Source of the DNA: Patescibacteria group bacterium | Lineage (GTDB): Bacteria; Patescibacteriota; Microgenomatia; JAMCYU01 | DNA length: 64,000 nucleotides | Direction: 5' to 3' | Assembly: GCA_023473585.1 (NCBI GenBank) | Contig: JAMCYU010000004.1 | Location: 66,033-130,032, forward strand | Shown: in pieces, positions 61,856 through 64,000 of the stretch | Layout of the letters: each line of letters opens with the position of its first letter | How positions within the stretch are numbered: position 1 is the stretch's first letter | The notes under the pieces: model-generated | Seen by the model: the letters and a program-made list of their open reading frames with translations, nothing else | What the model was told of the DNA's origin: nothing | Database searches by the model: none | Translations under genes and position numbers: made by a program

Positions 61856-63886
61856 ATGGAGCTCGCAACGCCCGTTCAAAACGTCTACATGGTCGGTCCG
61901 ACTTACGCAAAAAGACTGGAAAAATTAGGTCTTAAAACCGTCGAGGATTTGCTGTTTCATTTTCCCCACCGCTACGAAGACTATTCTTTAATTTCCAAAA
62001 TTAACCAGATTAAACCCGGAGAAACAGTTACCATTCAGGGAATCGTTAACGAAATTAAAAATGAATACACGAAAAACGGCAAAAAAATCCAAAAAGCCTT
62101 AGTTTCTGACGGGACAAAAATTTTAGAAGTTACCTGGTTTAATCAGCCTTTTTTGATAAGAACGATTAAAGTGGGGGAGACCTACAATTTTTCCGGCAAA
62201 GTCAATTGGTTCGGCCATAAAGTAAGCTTAATCAGCCCCGAATACGAACAGGTCTCGGGTCAAAGATATGAAACTTTGGGCTCAATTCATACCGGCAGAC
62301 TCGTTCCCATCTATTCGGAAACTTACGGCGTTACCTCCAAATGGTTGCGTTCAAGAATTGCCCCCCTTTTAAATGAATACCTGCCTTTATTTACCGAATA
62401 TCTGCCGGATAAGGTTATCAGTAAAAATCAACTTTTGGCTTACCAAAAAGCGATTAGGCAAATTCATTTCCCCGATAATCAATATTTCGCGGATGCGGCT
62501 AAAAAGAGACTGGCTTTTGACGAATTATTTCTTATTCAACTGGCCTCTCTTAAAAGAAAAAAAAGGCAAGAAAAAGAAAAAGTTAAATATCAATTTAAAA
62601 TAGACCCGTACCAAACCTCAATCGAAACCTTTATCAAAAAATTACCGTTTGTCTTAACTAGAGCGCAACAAAGAGTCGTACGGGAGATATTTCATGATCT
62701 TGCTCAACCCAAACCTATGAATCGTCTGCTTGAGGGCGACGTCGGTTCCGGAAAAACGGTGGTCGCCGCAATCAGCATGTATTTTTCTTATCTTAACGGC
62801 TGTCAGTCCCTTTTGCTGGCACCGACCGAAATTTTAGCCAACCAGCATTTTAAGACCCTGAAAGACCTGCTTTCTCCTTTCGGCGTGAAAGTTAATTTGC
62901 GAAGCGGAAGCTTCAAAAAAGAGGAAGAATTTGATATTTTAGTCGGGACTCACGCTCTTTTATCGGAAAAAATTAAGATTCAGAAATTAGGCCTGGTTGT
63001 TGTTGACGAACAACACCGCTTCGGGGTTGAGCAAAGAAAACAAATTCGAGAGAAAGGAGTTAATCCGCATCTTTTGTCGATGACCGCCACCCCTATTCCC
63101 CGAACCGTAGCCTTGACTTTATACGGCGATCTTGATCTGTCTTTTTTAGACGAAATGCCCAAGGGTCGAATGAAGGTCAAAACCTGGGTTGTCCCCTCAT
63201 TAAAAAGAGAGGCGGCTTATGCCTGGATAAAAAAACGGGTAAAAGGAACCAAAGAACAGGCTTTTATTATCTGCCCCCTAATTGAAGAGTCGGAAACTTT
63301 AGTTTCCGTTAGGGCGGCCACTCAGGAATTTGAAAGTCTGCAAAAGAAAATTTTTCCGGATCTTCGCTTGGGCCTTCTTCATGGCCGGATGAAAGCTCGG
63401 GATAAAGATTTGGAAATTGAACGCTTTCGGTCGGGCAAATTGGATATTTTGGTTGCCACGCCGGTCGTTGAGGTCGGGATTGATATTCCCCAGGCAACCA
63501 TCATGATGATTGAGGGAGCGGAAAGATTCGGCTTGGCGCAACTGCATCAATTAAGAGGTCGGGTCGGCCGGGCAAATCTTGTCTCTTATTGTCTTCTTTT
63601 TAGTGAATCCGAGCAAAATCAAAGACTTAAGGCCATGGAAAAAATCCATATCGGCGCCAATTTGGCCGAAGTCGACCTGCAGATGCGCGGTCCGGGTGAA
63701 GTTTTAGGAACCAAACAACACGGCATCCCTGATTTGAGAGTTGCCTCCTTAACCGATAAGCTTTTGATTACCGAAACGAGGTTGGCCGCTCAAGAAACCA
63801 TCAATGAAGATTTGTCTTTGAAGAAATTTCCCCTCTTGAAAGAAAAGCTTGAAAGATTTACAATAAAAGCGGTTTCATCTGATTAG
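61856..63886 (+). CDS. recG: ATP-dependent DNA helicase RecG
   Basis: N-terminus MELATPVQNVYMVGPTYAKRLEKLGLKTVEDLLFHFPHRYED; helicase motifs GDVGSGKT, DEQHRFG. Confidence 0.9.
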   Translation: MELATPVQNVYMVGPTYAKRLEKLGLKTVEDLLFHFPHRYEDYSLISKINQIKPGETVTIQGIVNEIKNEYTKNGKKIQKALVSDGTKILEVTWFNQPFLIRTIKVGETYNFSGKVNWFGHKVSLISPEYEQVSGQRYETLGSIHTGRLVPIYSETYGVTSKWLRSRIAPLLNEYLPLFTEYLPDKVISKNQLLAYQKAIRQIHFPDNQYFADAAKKRLAFDELFLIQLASLKRKKRQEKEKVKYQFKIDPYQTSIETFIKKLPFVLTRAQQRVVREIFHDLAQPKPMNRLLEGDVGSGKTVVAAISMYFSYLNGCQSLLLAPTEILANQHFKTLKDLLSPFGVKVNLRSGSFKKEEEFDILVGTHALLSEKIKIQKLGLVVVDEQHRFGVEQRKQIREKGVNPHLLSMTATPIPRTVALTLYGDLDLSFLDEMPKGRMKVKTWVVPSLKREAAYAWIKKRVKGTKEQAFIICPLIEESETLVSVRAATQEFESLQKKIFPDLRLGLLHGRMKARDKDLEIERFRSGKLDILVATPVVEVGIDIPQATIMMIEGAERFGLAQLHQLRGRVGRANLVSYCLLFSESEQNQRLKAMEKIHIGANLAEVDLQMRGPGEVLGTKQHGIPDLRVASLTDKLLITETRLAAQETINEDLSLKKFPLLKEKLERFTIKAVSSD

Positions 63887-63900
63887 AAAAGCAAGATTTT

Positions 63901-64000
63901 ATGACACCACTACCAAAAAGACGTTTATCAACAGCCAGATCAAGCAAAAGAACCAGGGCTCTTAAGTTAGCTCGTACTTCTTTGGTGACTTGTCCTCATT
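63901..64000 (+). CDS. rpmF: 50S ribosomal protein L32, 3'-truncated at window edge
   Basis: MTPLPKRRLSTARSSKRTRALKLARTSLVTCPH resembles the L32 N-terminus (basic region followed by the C-x2-C zinc-ribbon start). Confidence 0.55.
   Translation, partial: MTPLPKRRLSTARSSKRTRALKLARTSLVTCPH

Overview
This is a 64 kb, low-to-moderate GC, gene-dense bacterial chromosomal window. Its content and style (shortened housekeeping proteins, archaeal-type enzymes) suggest a reduced-genome, CPR/Patescibacteria-like organism; that attribution is an inference. No rRNA genes, CRISPR arrays, transposases or integrases were found.

Coding content, in order:
- **GlcN6P remnant block (1-1657):** a 5'-truncated kinase-like ORF, nagB and a glmS 3' remnant, in a somewhat higher-GC segment.
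- **metK** behind a putative SAM-I-type riboswitch.
- **Gluconeogenic cluster:** pmm/pgm, archaeal-type PGI/PMI, ppsA, eno, gpmI, archaeal-type FBP aldolase/phosphatase, acs.
- **SOS/NER island:** lexA, uvrB, uvrA, uvrC, with a candidate operator palindrome between lexA and uvrB.
- **Two tRNA clusters:** 15 tRNA genes in total, with embedded GIY-YIG ORFs, palindromic elements and odd tRNA-like half-segments.
- **Arn-like glycan cluster:** GT-C, GT2, DegT aminotransferase, RmlC-like cupin, SDR epimerase.
- **Archaeal/eukaryotic-type DRG GTPase.**
- **Two GH73-like paralogs**, the second behind a long structured leader.
- **MacAB-like efflux locus:** its HlyD-like adaptor is interrupted by an in-frame TAG.
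- **Translation and housekeeping genes:** rarA, tig, thrS-infC-rpmI-rplT, pheST, a class A PBP, aspartate racemase-tyrS, recG, and the start of rpmF.

The strongest non-coding signals are:
- **Putative attenuator upstream of racemase-tyrS:** a leaderless 27-codon aromatic-rich leader ORF plus terminator/antiterminator hairpins.
- **Leaderless geometry at operon-leading genes:** a -10 hexamer sits 5-7 nt before the ATG at about nine genes.
- **Dispersed 47-bp repeat at three loci:** an inverted-repeat module with an embedded -10, 2.7 tandem copies upstream of the DRG gene.
- **Conserved ~80-nt structured element at two loci** with compensatory stem changes.
- **Two ~62-nt palindromic hairpin elements** next to tRNA genes.
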